From Octopus bimaculoides (Eukaryota): 64,000 nt of DNA. The position numbers were made by a program, and so were the translations under genes. The notes under the pieces were generated by a model that saw only the letters and a list, made by a program, of their open reading frames with translations, was not told where the DNA came from and did not search any database. Positions 62,552-64,000 of this stretch are shown in pieces (position 1 is the first letter of the stretch; each line of letters begins with the position of its first letter). The stretch covers positions 28,495,035 through 28,559,034 of the forward strand of contig NC_068988.1 of assembly GCF_001194135.2 (NCBI RefSeq). Reading direction: 5' to 3'.

Positions 62552-64000
62552 ACTTTTCTATTAGGTTCTAATTTAGTAGCATTTTGTGATTCAAGAACTT
62601 GCTAGTTTAAATATCTGACATATTAAAACAGTCCTGCAAATGTAAATTGTTAAAGGAAATCTTTTAAAATCCACTTTTAGTGAACTCACAGCATTTACTC
62701 CTTTATAAGCTGCACTATTTTTATACTTGATCAAAACTGCAAAAACAGGGTTGTGACTTATACATGGGAGAAAGCTAAAACTTTCATGGTATGCATGACA
62801 ATCTTTGTACCAAGATTTAGCACTAAATTAGGGGTATGACTTATATAAATATATTTTTATCATCTTCGTTTCATGACAGAATCTTACTTTTAACTTTTAT
62901 AACATTAACAAGAAATTTGTCATTTACTTGTCAACTAGAAAAAAACATACAAGTGCATGTCTGGTCTGCACCTGCTTCCACTGCACTGGATTGTTGCATT
63001 ACTTTTTGTATATCATTATAAAGGTCCAACAGGTTTTCTTTTGACTCTTTGAACTTTTCACACAACCNNNNNNNNNNACTTTCTCTCTCAGCTATCTCAG
63101 CAAAACCCACATACCAACTTCAGTTACTTTATACATTCTCATGTTTTGACAGAAAAGTAACAGCAATAATAAAAATATACAAGAGACACAAACCTTGCAG
63201 AGAAAGAATTGATATTTGATTGGGAAAGCTGTACTGGAATACATGGATACATGAAGTCCCCTAGTAGGCAGTTAATACAAGGGAGATAATAATTTCTTCA
63301 TAATATTTGGTGGGATTAGAAGTTGGGACTTGAAATTAAGAAATAATGAAAGAAACGCACAGAATAGTTTCCAGCTGTCTTCTATAGTATTATGACAAAT
63401 ATTTCTATCACAAAGGCTACAACTTCTTCTCAAAGCCAGAAACAACAGCTAGCAAATATGAATACATTAACACACTCCAATTACTAGTCCATGGTCAGGT
63501 TATGCCCCTTCTCCCAAGTTGCCAACCCAATGCCACCGATTCTTCTGAGTTTGACATTTTTATACAGTTGAGAAACCATGTCTTCTTACCCCAAGTCAGT
63601 GCACCTCTCTTCTTCCTCAAACTGGTTCAATCAATCCTAAATCTCCCACATCTGAATCTATCAAGAATTCCCTTCCCACTGCTCAAATTCTTTCTCAAAC
63701 CATTAAACTCAGTGACTCTGAACTGGGGTTCATGTAAGATTTTGTGGTTGAAATTTATCTGCAACAAATTGGTTATACTTCTTCGATATTCAAAATATTT
63801 AAACAATTTTTTTTATACAATTCCCAATAATATTCAAATATATAGGATTTTTTAAACATCGAATGGCTATGGAGGGGGTGGGGTCCAGTAGAGTAAAATA
63901 GCAATTGAAGGATTGATCAGACTATCAGATGTTGTTATACATCGCTGGTCACAATGCACTTTGTATTATCTTAGCTTTGAAATGAAGGCCCCCCCCCCCC

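Noticed and set aside
63502-63855. 117-aa ORF near the window end as a gene or ALS2 first exon
   Set aside because: No recognisable motif; the opposite strand has stops in all frames examined; possibly decayed TE sequence.

Overview
AT-rich, repeat-dense eukaryotic genomic DNA with seven assembly gaps. The SINE, LINE-tail and microsatellite repertoire suggests an octopus or other cephalopod (inference). Two multi-exon genes lie tail to tail. (1) The 3' part of RNPC3 (U11/U12-65K, minor spliceosome protein) is on the + strand: 7 coding exons, 599-8819; its 5' exons are upstream of the window. (2) Nearly all of ALS2 (alsin; RCC1-like, DH/PH, MORN and VPS9 domains) is on the - strand: 32 coding exons traced by hand, 56411 to 11454, 5506 nt, all intron phases compatible; the ATG-bearing exon was not located. 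The clearest notable signal is that the last RNPC3 intron (7503-8774) is a textbook U12-type intron (GTATCCTTT ... TCCTTAAC ... AG) that splits the C-terminal RRM. No tandem U11 enhancer (USSE) is visible, but a possible 3'-UTR intron has its acceptor and poly(A) signal inside a Tc1/mariner relic. Introns are filled with tRNA-headed SINEs, RTE-like and R4/Dong-like LINE fragments, and MITEs of Tc1/mariner, pogo/Tigger, hAT and piggyBac-like type. There are several nested insertions and long inverted repeats that could form dsRNA. No rRNA, tRNA gene or CRISPR array is supported. No wholly new system is demonstrated; the RNPC3 3'-end splicing circuit is the best candidate for follow-up. Repeat boundaries are approximate unless TIR or TSD positions are given.
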